Virus record (IMG/VR): IMGVR_UViG_3300017970_000002
Coordinates: 1-59,885 of that record
Direction: 5' to 3' (one strand)
Source: a virus
Lineage: Duplodnaviria > Caudoviricetes
Length of the DNA: 59,885 nucleotides
A model generated the notes under the pieces. That model was given only the letters and a program-made list of their open reading frames with translations. It did not search any database and was not told where the DNA came from. Each line of letters starts with the position of its first letter. Position 1 is the stretch's first letter. Position numbers and translations under genes: made by a program. Below are positions 9,436 through 18,804 of this stretch, piece after piece.

Positions 9436-9983
9436 CCCTTCCGTGACTTCCAGTTAGTACGCGCGTCGGCATGCGCTTCGCGGTTCGAAGAGTCATTCGC
9501 AAACACATCGATATGGAAATTCGCCGAGCCTGGACGAGTACGTGGCTTCGAGTCAACATACTCACGCATGCGCGCGGCGAATTCGCGGCCCTCCGCCGAC
9601 ATGCCATGACGCACTTGGCCCTCGCGGTTCTTCCACATGCCACCAGCCATCAATCGATCGAGATCCGCGCGGTTCCGCCGACGATTTTGATCGCGATTGG
9701 ATTGCTCGTGAGCGTGTTGCTCGCGTATTTGGGAATCTTCGCGGGCGTTGACTTCGCGAGTAATCCGATCGGCTTCCCTGAGAGTTCGGATCTCAACTTT
9801 CTCACACCCTGCGCGTACAGGCGCGTCATGTGACGCCGGAAAACTGTACGATCCATCCGGGTTACGATGGACCACGATGGGGTCGAACTTCTGTGCGTTC
9901 TGTTCATAAATCGATCCGTGGGGGCAAAATGGGTAGTCGCCGATTTCAAGCGCCGCGCCGCATTCCATGCAGACGGTCTTCAC
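9432..9983 (-). CDS. Hypothetical protein with N-terminal zinc ribbon
   Basis: CMECG..CPH; translationally coupled. Confidence 0.65.
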   Translation of the reverse strand: MKTVCMECGAALEIGDYPFCPHGSIYEQNAQKFDPIVVHRNPDGSYSFPASHDAPVRAGCEKVEIRTLREADRITREVNAREDSQIREQHAHEQSNRDQNRRRNRADLDRLMAGGMWKNREGQVRHGMSAEGREFAARMREYVDSKPRTRPGSANFHIDVFANDSSNREAHADARTNWKSRKG

Positions 9984-10420
9984 GAGACGATCTCCACGAC
10001 TTCCGCGTCCAACGCAGCCTGATCCTCAGCATCAAGCTCAATAGGCGGGCGATAGTGAAAGGCGCATGGCTTGCCCACCACGCAGTCACAGTTCAAGAAC
10101 GAGTCCAATGTCATCTTGGCGTTCTCCCTGTCCAGCAGCATCATACGACGTACCTGTTCCCTTGGCCCCCTTAGGTCCTCAAGGCGCTGGAACACGTATA
10201 TGTAAAAGTACTGCCCATCAGAACGCTGCGCGCATATATGCATGCTACGCACGAAACCATCATGGTGGTTTACCCAATCCGATCCGTTGATCCACAACCA
10301 TCTGCGCTTCCCCGGAAGAGTATCCGGTACGGCTGGAATAACAGCTTTGATCGGGCACGCGATCAACGCAGCCAAGCCAGTGAGGAAACTACGGCGCGAC
10401 GTTCTCATCGGCTCTATCAT
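9980..10420 (-). CDS. Hypothetical protein with twin-arginine-like N-terminus
   Basis: SRRSFL followed by hydrophobic stretch; CxCxxxxxCxxH. Confidence 0.6.
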   Translation of the reverse strand: MIEPMRTSRRSFLTGLAALIACPIKAVIPAVPDTLPGKRRWLWINGSDWVNHHDGFVRSMHICAQRSDGQYFYIYVFQRLEDLRGPREQVRRMMLLDRENAKMTLDSFLNCDCVVGKPCAFHYRPPIELDAEDQAALDAEVVEIVS

Positions 10421-12693
10421 AGGTCAAACTCGCCTGAATACTCAAACCTTTCCTCGGGATCGTCCGCTCGCCCGTACTTGAACATACGCGAGATGACGGA
10501 CTCCTGGTCCTCTGGCTTGTACATGTAGGACTGCATCGGCGAGTCAGCAGGAATATCCATGGCCTGGAAGCCAGGGGAGTAGATTGGGTGTTCTAGACGC
10601 CCGCCGATCCGTTCACGCACGTCAGAGAGACCGCGCATCCCTTGATGGATCTCGGTGTCGTAGAGTGAGAGCAGGATGAAGCCGAGGGACATTATCCGGT
10701 CGTCATGGCCGCCGTAGGCTGCTTTCATGTCCTGCGAATCCCAGTCGCGCTCCCAGTCTTCCATCTCCTCGACGAACCACGGCGAGTTGATGTCTATCCA
10801 GCCATCGCGGAGGGCTTTGGTTACCCAATCTACGAGCATGCAGCGGAACCAGTAGACGGTGACGATCCCGAGCTTATGGGCTTTGTGCTTCTGGATGCGT
10901 GCGGAATCGTAGCGCACCCAGGGGTGGAAGTTCACCCAGCCGCGTTTGCGTAGTTCGTTCTGGACGACTTCGCCGTTGCCTTTGCATTCGATCGCCGCGC
11001 GGACTTGACGGCGCATGCCTTCTCGGTAGACCGAGTAATAAGTTCCGACCGCCATGGCGAACGGCCAGAGGTCGAAGGCGTTAGTGTAATCGTAAGCATA
11101 CTCGGCGACTTGCGCGTCATTGCGATAAGTATCTCCTTTCCGCATAAACTCCAGGACTGAACGATCTTGTCCAAGACCGTCAGAGGTATCGCATCCGTAG
11201 CCATAAAGCGCAGTTTCTTCAGGGTGCTCCCAGATGTAGAGTTTGCCGAGTCCATCGTCACTTGAGTAACCCTCCCATTTCACAGGTTGAAAGCAGTAGT
11301 CTAGCGGGAGCCCCGTGCCCCACGTGCAGCGGACGTTGATTGGCGCGATATTACGGTCCCAGCGAGGTTCCGGTACACGAAGGCGGTCTGGGATATCGGG
11401 ACCAAGGATTGTATAAACGCCGAGAGGGTTTCGTGCGGAAGTAGCAGAATGGTAGGCTGCAATCGTCTCGGCGTCGAATACGCTGATATTTGAAGATTGG
11501 AACGCTTCGAGATCATCGGCGGGCATCTCCTGGAAGAACTTGTTCAGCTCCTGCTTGGCTTTGTGCTCCTCGTACTCGACCTCGTAGAACCACATCTGCT
11601 CGCGCGGCATCTGCCAGCCTTCGCCCAGGAATCGGCGCAGGAGCGCATTCACCTTCACGTAGGATCGGGCGCGCTCGGCATGAGCGGTCACCATTGCGTT
11701 CGGCGACCAGTCATGAGGCATCGGACGGGCGCGCAGCCAGGTCTCGGACGGGTAGAGGTCGGTCCCGACGAACCACGGAAGGAAGATGGGGCGCAGGCGC
11801 GAGCGCCCGGAGTCCCAGTTCTCCTTCGCGTACTGCCAGGAGCGGTGCCACCAGTTTCGGCGCCCCATGGCGGTGGATTCGAGGACCAGGAACATCCACG
11901 GGGAATCGTGCATTGCACGCATGAGAGAGGCGTCTACGAGATCCTCGGCGTTTTTGTAGTCCGAGAGTTCGGAGAGATGCGCAACGGTCGGGGTGGTGCC
12001 ACGCGCGATCCCGGTGAACTGCGCACCGTGCTGGATCGAGATCGCAGAGTCCTGGCCGGGGAATTCCATCAGTTCGCCCACAACCTGGCGGATCTCGGGC
12101 TGGAGGTAGAACGGCTGCTCGTCGAAGGCCAGCTCCATCATTCCGGCCATCTTCGTGGACTTATCGGGGTCCGAGGACGAGACTACCGCGTTCACGTGGG
12201 AATAGAATTGCGCGCGGTGGAGCACGCGGAGTTCGGTGTCGGTCGAGACGCCGAGCTGGCGGGCCTTGAGTTCGATGAAGGCGATGGCGATCTGCTGGAG
12301 TTCGTTCTCGGAATCGAGGGTGTGAAGGATACGTTGCGCGACGTTCGGGGAGTAGTGGATCAGGGTGCCATCGCGGGAGCGGATACGTGCGTAGCGGGTC
12401 GCCCAATAATTGAAGTCACAACGACAGACCTGGCGTTCATTGCGTTTCCACTGTTCCTCGTCAGCATGAAGATCCCTCTTCAACTTTCCGGTCTCGGGGT
12501 CAATGAGATCACGGAAGTACCGCGCGGCGCTATCGACTTCGGAAACCGAGTGATACTTTAGCTCGAAGTCGAAGCGCGGTTTGCCCTGAGCGTCACGCGC
12601 TGCTTGCACCTTGGCGAGATTGCGGTCGATTACGGCGCGGTGGTAGATGGCAGAAACTCCTCGATGGCCTGTAGGATAGCGGGCACATCCCAC
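10417..12693 (-). CDS. terL: Terminase large subunit
   Basis: Walker A 'LKARQLGVST', 'HLSE', 'ESTAMG', nuclease 'GCDTSDG' and 'HDDRIM'; true start uncertain. Confidence 0.92.
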   Translation of the reverse strand: MGCARYPTGHRGVSAIYHRAVIDRNLAKVQAARDAQGKPRFDFELKYHSVSEVDSAARYFRDLIDPETGKLKRDLHADEEQWKRNERQVCRCDFNYWATRYARIRSRDGTLIHYSPNVAQRILHTLDSENELQQIAIAFIELKARQLGVSTDTELRVLHRAQFYSHVNAVVSSSDPDKSTKMAGMMELAFDEQPFYLQPEIRQVVGELMEFPGQDSAISIQHGAQFTGIARGTTPTVAHLSELSDYKNAEDLVDASLMRAMHDSPWMFLVLESTAMGRRNWWHRSWQYAKENWDSGRSRLRPIFLPWFVGTDLYPSETWLRARPMPHDWSPNAMVTAHAERARSYVKVNALLRRFLGEGWQMPREQMWFYEVEYEEHKAKQELNKFFQEMPADDLEAFQSSNISVFDAETIAAYHSATSARNPLGVYTILGPDIPDRLRVPEPRWDRNIAPINVRCTWGTGLPLDYCFQPVKWEGYSSDDGLGKLYIWEHPEETALYGYGCDTSDGLGQDRSVLEFMRKGDTYRNDAQVAEYAYDYTNAFDLWPFAMAVGTYYSVYREGMRRQVRAAIECKGNGEVVQNELRKRGWVNFHPWVRYDSARIQKHKAHKLGIVTVYWFRCMLVDWVTKALRDGWIDINSPWFVEEMEDWERDWDSQDMKAAYGGHDDRIMSLGFILLSLYDTEIHQGMRGLSDVRERIGGRLEHPIYSPGFQAMDIPADSPMQSYMYKPEDQESVISRMFKYGRADDPEERFEYSGEFDL

Positions 12694-13862
12694 TTGAACG
12701 GATCGCGGTTACGGAAATAGCGCACATGCGGCCCGTACCATTCGTCAACTAGGGTATCGCGGAACCATTGCCAGCCGGAGTGGCAGGGGAGCAGGATCAG
12801 GGTTGGGACGCCACAGAGCGCGGAGAGATGAGCTACGGCGGTGTCGGCGGTGACTACGTAATCACAGCATTGCACCAAAGCCGTTGTGTCCGTCCAAGTT
12901 GCATCAGGTGCGAGCGTGTAGCAGTACACCTTGTAACCTTTCGCGCCCGGAGACGCGCCAGGAACTAGAGACTCTAATCGACCGCGCGATTGCAAATTAC
13001 AAGCTATGTCACGTGCTGACAGATCGTCTAGCATCTTCGTCTTGCGCATATCGCCGAGTTGCGCAGCGGTCCAACAGAATCCGATGCGTGGTGTCTTATT
13101 ACGTGGCGGCAGGGGTCTATAACACATCTGCGTCCACGCATTCGGCCAAGGCACATCCCCCATCGACCTCATCCCACTCAACGCAGGCAAACTCATCCAG
13201 CTCGTCGAGTAATCGTACTCAAGCTGCAAATCCGCGTCTTTTGAGATAACGCGATCCACGCCGAGTTTCGTCCAATCCGTCCAGTCCTTGAGGCAGTCCC
13301 AGATCATCAACGTGACCTTTGTCGCCCCGGATGCTTTGACAAAGGGTAGCCAGCGCGAGAACAGGAATGCGTCGCCGTATCCGCCTTCGCAGACAACGAG
13401 CACGCGACCGGGCTTGAAGGACGGGTGCCAGGGCGGGGCGACCGGGAACACGTGCCAGGAGTAGTTGATCCGGCCCATTTCCCAGAGCGGCCACGCACGG
13501 GAGAATTCGCGCTCGCGGAGGAGGCATTGCGCGTAGCCAAGTGCGATACGGGTGTTGGAAGGGTCGAGCGAGAAGGCTTTGTCGTAGAGGGATAGAGATT
13601 GCGAGAAATTGCCGAGATCGGATTCCAGGTTCGCGAGGTTGAAATAGGCAACCGGGGAGCGTGGCGAGAAAGTCACGGCTTTGAGGAGGTGATCGCGCGC
13701 GGAGAAGAGGTGGCCTGCGGCGCGTTCGGCGACTGCGAGATTGCAGTAGGTCTTGTAGGATGGGTCGCGCCAGGCGAGTTCGCGCAGGGTTGCGAGCGCG
13801 GATTGCACGTTGCCTTCGGCGAGGGCGGACAGACCAGGCGCATTGGCGAGATGCTCAGACAT
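12630..13862 (-). CDS. TPR-repeat + GT9-like glycosyltransferase
   Basis: N-terminal TPRs; 'EGGYGDAFLFSR', 'MSLP', 'IGFCW', 'DYVVTADTAVAHLSALCGVPT', 'WQW'. Confidence 0.88.
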   Translation of the reverse strand: MSEHLANAPGLSALAEGNVQSALATLRELAWRDPSYKTYCNLAVAERAAGHLFSARDHLLKAVTFSPRSPVAYFNLANLESDLGNFSQSLSLYDKAFSLDPSNTRIALGYAQCLLREREFSRAWPLWEMGRINYSWHVFPVAPPWHPSFKPGRVLVVCEGGYGDAFLFSRWLPFVKASGATKVTLMIWDCLKDWTDWTKLGVDRVISKDADLQLEYDYSTSWMSLPALSGMRSMGDVPWPNAWTQMCYRPLPPRNKTPRIGFCWTAAQLGDMRKTKMLDDLSARDIACNLQSRGRLESLVPGASPGAKGYKVYCYTLAPDATWTDTTALVQCCDYVVTADTAVAHLSALCGVPTLILLPCHSGWQWFRDTLVDEWYGPHVRYFRNRDPFKWDVPAILQAIEEFLPSTTAP

Positions 13863-14105
13863 CTAGGTATCCATGTCCACGGGCATGTTCATCTCAAAGC
13901 GTAGAAACTCGCCACCGTATATGTTGATGCGAAGGTTGCAGTGCAGCGCGGCATCAACGGGAGCAAATTCGGCGCGCATCTCATTCACCATGTGGGCCAC
14001 AATGAAGCCGGGATCTACAGCTTGCTCCAGGGTTGTCATAGTCAGTAACCGCACTAGGCACCAACCACGAGCCGCCCATTGCATAGACTCAGACATCTAG
14101 GTATC
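13854..14105. repeat. 18-bp direct repeat CTCAGACATCTAGGTATC (13854-13871, 14088-14105)
   Basis: Exact match seen at both gene junctions. Confidence 0.9.
13863..14096 (-). CDS. Hypothetical protein
   Basis: Abuts neighbours exactly. Confidence 0.55.
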   Translation of the reverse strand: MSESMQWAARGWCLVRLLTMTTLEQAVDPGFIVAHMVNEMRAEFAPVDAALHCNLRINIYGGEFLRFEMNMPVDMDT

Positions 14106-14330
14106 GGCCTCGTGTGCCATTTTCTCAACTTCGTCAGGTGTGAAATTAGCGTAGCCACCCTGCTCCTCGATCGGAGTTTCCCACTTCCAGCAATGAAACC
14201 ACCAACGTTGCCAAGAATATGGTCGCCACAGTGCCAACTGCAATATCGGGTCACCTGAGGCGCGTGGCTTGTAGAAAAATGTCAGCCAGAACCACGGCGT
14301 GTTCCAGTCAAAGATGCGTAGTCGTCTCAT
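14097..14330 (-). CDS. Trp-rich hypothetical protein
   Basis: Coupled ORF. Confidence 0.55.
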   Translation of the reverse strand: MRRLRIFDWNTPWFWLTFFYKPRASGDPILQLALWRPYSWQRWWFHCWKWETPIEEQGGYANFTPDEVEKMAHEADT

Positions 14331-15136
14331 ACATCGGCCCCCTCGCCAGATCTCACATGACCACTTCGGATCACCTCGGTAAATTCAAGCGTGTCATCCT
14401 CCATCGACTCTAGGCCATCGTCCAGCCTACCCGCCTTAGCCATAGACCGGGCGCTCGCCATCGCCGCAGCCTTCACATTGATGGATGTCCCGGCAGGCGT
14501 CGGCAGGAATCCGCTCGATTTCAGCAGCGCCTCCCTATCCTTGAACCCGTCCTTCTTCTTCGCGAACTTGACCATGTGCTGGATCACCTCGGTCTGGTTG
14601 ATCGAGCGCACGAAGGACGCGGATACACTATCGACCTCGACAGCAGTCTGGCAGGCGAGGCCGAACATTTTGCCGGGCGTGACGCCGACCGCATCGCAGA
14701 AGTCATGGAGGCCGATGGCTTTGCGGCGCTGCCCGCTCATATCGTTCCAGGCAAGGATCATGATCATGCGCGGGTCCTCGGGACCGAGATCGAGGCAGGC
14801 GAACAGGCGGAATACGTTCTTCCAACCACCGGGGACGATCTTCTGGAATAGGACCGATACAGACTCCTCGTAGCCTCGCGGGGCTTCGATGCGGGGTAGG
14901 GATTCATCGGGATCAGGAACCAACGTAATTGCCGGGATCTCCGGTGCCGTCCTCGTCGAGCCAGGCGGGAACGTCGAGGGGGTCGTCGCGGTCGTAGACG
15001 CCGGTCCGAGTGATTTGAGAGCGGTCCTCCAGTTTTCCACTTTCTTGCGCGTCCGCTTGACGCTCTCCCATGACTGGTGCGGCGGTTGTGGTTTCGCGCC
15101 CGATGGTTGATCCTTCGTGTCCTGATCCATAGCCAT
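14327..15136 (-). CDS. Hypothetical protein, candidate terminase small subunit
   Basis: Upstream of terL; helical with HTH-like 'DFCDAVGVTPG'. Confidence 0.45.
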   Translation of the reverse strand: MAMDQDTKDQPSGAKPQPPHQSWESVKRTRKKVENWRTALKSLGPASTTATTPSTFPPGSTRTAPEIPAITLVPDPDESLPRIEAPRGYEESVSVLFQKIVPGGWKNVFRLFACLDLGPEDPRMIMILAWNDMSGQRRKAIGLHDFCDAVGVTPGKMFGLACQTAVEVDSVSASFVRSINQTEVIQHMVKFAKKKDGFKDREALLKSSGFLPTPAGTSINVKAAAMASARSMAKAGRLDDGLESMEDDTLEFTEVIRSGHVRSGEGADV

Positions 15137-15356
15137 AGCGTCTCCAGACGTTGTGGTCTATCCCGATTTTGTCACGTTCGCGCTCACGGCGGTCGAGGTC
15201 GGAGGGGCGGGATATGGATTCCACACCAATCTTAGGACCTGTGTATGGTTGCTGTGGGTTTCCAACAGGAGGGGCAAGCCGGTCGAGTGCATCGGCAATT
15301 CGTCGCAGAATCGGGATGATTTCTGAGAATGAGGCATGGAACTCGAAGAAACCCAC
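14913..15356 (-). CDS. Hypothetical protein
   Basis: 'LRRIADALDRLAPP' motif; overlaps the next gene by 224 bp. Confidence 0.55.
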   Translation of the reverse strand: MGFFEFHASFSEIIPILRRIADALDRLAPPVGNPQQPYTGPKIGVESISRPSDLDRRERERDKIGIDHNVWRRYGYGSGHEGSTIGRETTTAAPVMGERQADAQESGKLEDRSQITRTGVYDRDDPLDVPAWLDEDGTGDPGNYVGS

Positions 15357-15359
15357 ACG

Positions 15360-15863
15360 CTACCTGACACGGTTTCCGAAGGGCACAGGCAAGGGGTTCT
15401 TGGCACCAGCGCCGACCTCTCCACGTCTCGCGAAGGTGATCTGCGGCGGCGCCGTTTTGGTCGAGATTCCCATTTCTTCGCGGAGTGCATCCGGGGGCAG
15501 ATGCTCGCCGACCTCGGGGGACGGATCGCTGGTCAGGGTTTCTGATAGCGGCTTCTCGGCGGTCTCGACTGGCTGAGCGGCGGCGACGTTATCCGGCTGC
15601 TCGGGCACCGGGATGACCTGCTCGACGAACCCTTCGACCTCGACTTTCTTGTCCTCGGGCGTGCGTGGGTAGATTTTGAGGTCGATCGTGACGCGCCAGG
15701 AGACTTTCGGGAAGGTCAGGTGGCGCTGGAGCTCCTGATCCTGGCTGAGGACGCGTTGCACATCGCGCAGCAGGACCTGGCGCAGCTCGTCGCCATTCAA
15801 TGCGTTGAACACTCTCATCTTCGGTTTGCCTCCAATCCAGTTACCTGCGAAGTCTCGGGCCAT
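15360..15863 (-). CDS. Hypothetical protein
   Basis: Good codon usage; operon position. Confidence 0.65.
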   Translation of the reverse strand: MARDFAGNWIGGKPKMRVFNALNGDELRQVLLRDVQRVLSQDQELQRHLTFPKVSWRVTIDLKIYPRTPEDKKVEVEGFVEQVIPVPEQPDNVAAAQPVETAEKPLSETLTSDPSPEVGEHLPPDALREEMGISTKTAPPQITFARRGEVGAGAKNPLPVPFGNRVR

Positions 15864-15875
15864 CGTTCAGCCATG

Positions 15876-16283
15876 TCAGTGCGGACGCCGTGGTTCACGC
15901 GCGTTATATCCAGGGACGTACTCCTCGATCTTATGCCACTCGACGCCATTGACCTTGGCGAGGTAGGCCATTTTGAGTGCGTGCTGGCGAAGCGGCACGT
16001 ACCGACCGATCTCCCACGAGCGGATGGTGTTCTCTTTCAGACCAAGCTGCTCGGCGAACTTGGTCTGGGTCATGTGGAGGGCGCCTTTACGAAGCGCGCG
16101 GATGTCATCGCCGGACGGCGGGTAGTAGACCGGCTTGCGCCGCAGCATCTTGTCGCGAAGGGTTTTGACGCGTTTGCGGCGGGCGGCGACGCGTTTGACT
16201 CGCTTTCGCTCAGTGGCCTTATAGATGTCCCATTTGTAGGCCTCAGATAGCTCAGCATCCACGTCATCCACGAGCCACAGCAT
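15876..16283 (-). CDS. XRE-family HTH transcriptional regulator
   Basis: 'IRALR..MTQTKFAEQLGLKENTIRSWEIGRYVP'. Confidence 0.9.
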   Translation of the reverse strand: MLWLVDDVDAELSEAYKWDIYKATERKRVKRVAARRKRVKTLRDKMLRRKPVYYPPSGDDIRALRKGALHMTQTKFAEQLGLKENTIRSWEIGRYVPLRQHALKMAYLAKVNGVEWHKIEEYVPGYNAREPRRPH

Positions 16284-16308
16284 AGCTCACCGTACCGCAG
16301 TGAGTCAA
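16279..16308 (-). promoter_or_regulatory. Leftward promoter
   Basis: TTGACT-N18-TATGCT. Confidence 0.5.
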
Positions 16309-16321
16309 GACCAAAATTTTG

Positions 16322-16350
16322 TTGCAATCAGGTTGCGGCGGGTGTATATT
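16322..16350 (+). promoter_or_regulatory. Rightward promoter for helicase gene
   Basis: TTGCAA-N17-TATATT. Confidence 0.65.
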
Positions 16351-16356
16351 CGCTCG

Positions 16357-16462
16357 GTCGGCTATCCCCCGGCGTTCTGACTCTGCGGCCCGGACCTACC
16401 TTTTTGCCGGGCCATTTTCTTGGTCAGCGTTTAGAAGGGAATAGCCAGACTGGGGATACGAC
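16357..16462 (+). promoter_or_regulatory. Structured, switchable 5' leader
   Basis: Nested stems GGCTAT/ATAGCC, CTGAC/GTCAG, GGCCCGG/CCGGGCC; alternative anti-SD TATCCCC pairs GGGGATA. Confidence 0.65.
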
Positions 16463-17377
16463 ATGGGAACGACCGCCGACCGTGACATCATTGAGGGAAT
16501 ACTTCCACGTGACCGGCTGCATTTAATTGCGGGGCCATCGGGAGTCGGCAAGAGCACGCTGATCTTCCAGATGGTCGAGGCGATCAGGGCAGGCACGCCA
16601 TTCTTTGGGTTCCCGGCCACGCCAGTACCGATTCTCTACATCACCGCCGACCGCACGCGTAAGGAGCACGAGGAGACCTGCGTGAGAGTTGGGGTCGATT
16701 TCGCAGGCATCAAGGTCGTGACGATGGGCGACTACCTGAGCCTGCCATTGCTGGTAGAGATCCTCGACAAGCATGCACACAAAGACTATCTAGTTATCGT
16801 AGAGCCACTTCCGTTCTTTATTGTAGACGCATTGAACCGGCCCGGGAACATAAACGACAACACTCAGGTGTCCAGGTTTCTGTCGATGCTGAAGGTGCGT
16901 TGTGAGAAAGAAAAGTACACAATGCTCGGCAGTTGCCACGCTCCTAAATCCAAAGAGGGCAACAACTACCAGATGATGCGCGAACGGATCGCCGGTACCA
17001 ATGCATGGGGCGCATACACAGCGACGAACATCTGCCTAGAGTTACAAGATCCCAGTGATGTAGCGAGCCCATTCCGGGCGATCCATTTCATCCTCAGAAA
17101 CACCAAGAGCTTCTCTAAGCAGTTCCAGTTCACCGATACGGGAAGGCTGGAGATTTGCCAACCCGGTAAGTCGAATGCATGGGCTGCTCTTGACAAAGAA
17201 CTCAACAACTGGCCCCCGGATCAAACGATTACTACCGATGACCTGGAGATGTGGAGTGGGTTGGTAAACTGCTCCCGCAAGACGCTTTACCGCTGGGTAG
17301 ACGCCAAGATCATGGAGGTCGAGATGATGAGGATCGACCGAGGCTTGTACAAGAAGCTGAACCGGGCGGCAAACTGA
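16463..17377 (+). CDS. RepA-like AAA_25 (SF4-like) helicase with C-terminal HTH
   Basis: 'GPSGVGKS', 'H..K', 'RIAGTNAW'; C-terminal 'CSRKTLYRW..GLY'. Confidence 0.85.
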   Translation: MGTTADRDIIEGILPRDRLHLIAGPSGVGKSTLIFQMVEAIRAGTPFFGFPATPVPILYITADRTRKEHEETCVRVGVDFAGIKVVTMGDYLSLPLLVEILDKHAHKDYLVIVEPLPFFIVDALNRPGNINDNTQVSRFLSMLKVRCEKEKYTMLGSCHAPKSKEGNNYQMMRERIAGTNAWGAYTATNICLELQDPSDVASPFRAIHFILRNTKSFSKQFQFTDTGRLEICQPGKSNAWAALDKELNNWPPDQTITTDDLEMWSGLVNCSRKTLYRWVDAKIMEVEMMRIDRGLYKKLNRAAN

Positions 17378-17683
17378 CACAAGCCAGCATTCCTTTAATT
17401 TCAACGACTTAGCCTACCCCCTTATTGTCTCTGTGTATTCGTGACACAAGCAGGTTAACTCCTTGCTAATCATGCATATGCATTTGTGTCACCCTTTTTG
17501 GATGACACTGACACAAGTGACATATTACCCGACTCGTGTCACTTGTGTCATCCTCTTTCTCTCTCTCATGACACTATATATATATATATATATAAAGGAG
17601 TTAAGTAGGTTTGTGTCACGTTTTCCCCGGTGTACATAGGCAAAAGCTAAGTCATTGAAAACACGTGGCTGTGATTTGTGTCA
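17375..17683. other. Putative replication origin (iterons + AT-rich unwinding element)
   Basis: About 10 TGACAC(AA) copies in both orientations; 14-bp perfect IR 17509-17522/17537-17550; (TA)10 at 17575-17594. Confidence 0.8.
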
Positions 17684-18178
17684 ACTGAAAATAAATAATA
17701 GGCCGAGAGACCAAGCCGCACTCACCGCCCCCTCCTCCCCCCTCCCCTTGGACAATCGACGGCGGAATATGTGGCATTCGGGCGGGTTGGGCGGGTGCGA
17801 GATTACCGAGCGCTGGGGACCTGGGCACTGGTGGCCACACTACCTTATATGCGCATGGGCGGATGGGACCTAGGTCCGGCGCCCACCAGGGGTCGAATTC
17901 GGCGCGCGGACAATGGGACGCGATGGGCCAATGGGACAAGCTGGGCGGCCGACTACGTGTGTACGTACCTGCGCGCCTCGCACTCAACGTACCTGCGCCT
18001 GTGTGTAGCCCACTTGTGCCACGTGGCGCGCGTGCTGGCCAGATGGCTAGCCCCTTTTGTGTGTCCTGCTCACCCTTACGGGTGTGACCAGTGCGCGACG
18101 AAGTGTACGGTAACGTTACCGGACAGGGTATGAGGGATTTTTACGGTTACGCTCACTGCGAAACAGTGAGAATAGATG

Positions 18179-18207
18179 TTGACAGCGGATTGGGAGTGGG
18201 GCATACT
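18179..18207 (+). promoter_or_regulatory. Early promoter
   Basis: TTGACA-N17-CATACT upstream of GAGGAG SD. Confidence 0.7.
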
Positions 18208-18231
18208 GAGAGAGTCAGTTGAGGAGCTGAC

Positions 18232-18723
18232 ATGGACATGGCAAAGAGGCAACAGTTATCCGCAATGCACCGCGTGACTTGGTGCAAGAACTTCGTTTCG
18301 GGTCCGCTCACGGGCCTGCAGGTTCGCTGCTCGATCACAGTCGATTCACAGCGCTGCGCTGAAGTCCAAGCGGGCTTGAGTGACCACACGCCCGATAATC
18401 CTGGTGAGGATTGCCTGACTGGCACGCAATATTGGTGCTCTGGCGTCGGTTGCGAAGAGATCGCCACTGAAATGCCGTCCACAACCTTGCCCAAGCTCGC
18501 CGATGGTCGCTTGGAATCCTACGCATGGCCGGGAGGATATCCGATTTACTATCTGGACGGTGAAAGCTCGGTCCTTTGCCCAGGATGTGCGCAACACTCG
18601 CTGGAGGATTCGATTCCACACTTCCAGCCTCAAGCCTTTGGTGTCCTGTATGAAGCCGAATCGCTGCTCTGCGATCAGTGCAGCAAGGAAATCAATGACC
18701 GGTTCGACGCGGGCAAGGGTTAA
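18232..18723 (+). CDS. Early hypothetical protein
   Basis: 'YAWPGGYPIYY..LCPGC..LLCDQC' phage motif. Confidence 0.75.
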   Translation: MDMAKRQQLSAMHRVTWCKNFVSGPLTGLQVRCSITVDSQRCAEVQAGLSDHTPDNPGEDCLTGTQYWCSGVGCEEIATEMPSTTLPKLADGRLESYAWPGGYPIYYLDGESSVLCPGCAQHSLEDSIPHFQPQAFGVLYEAESLLCDQCSKEINDRFDAGKG

Positions 18724-18804
18724 GAGCAGTGATCCCCACGCGTGCGGCTCGCTCACTCGATCGAGCCAATCGCGGGCGGATTGACGCTCAGAGGAGATTT
18801 TGAC

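Noticed and set aside
17375-17683. CRISPR mini-array
   Set aside because: Repeats are 6-10 bp, in both orientations, with irregular spacing; these fit iterons
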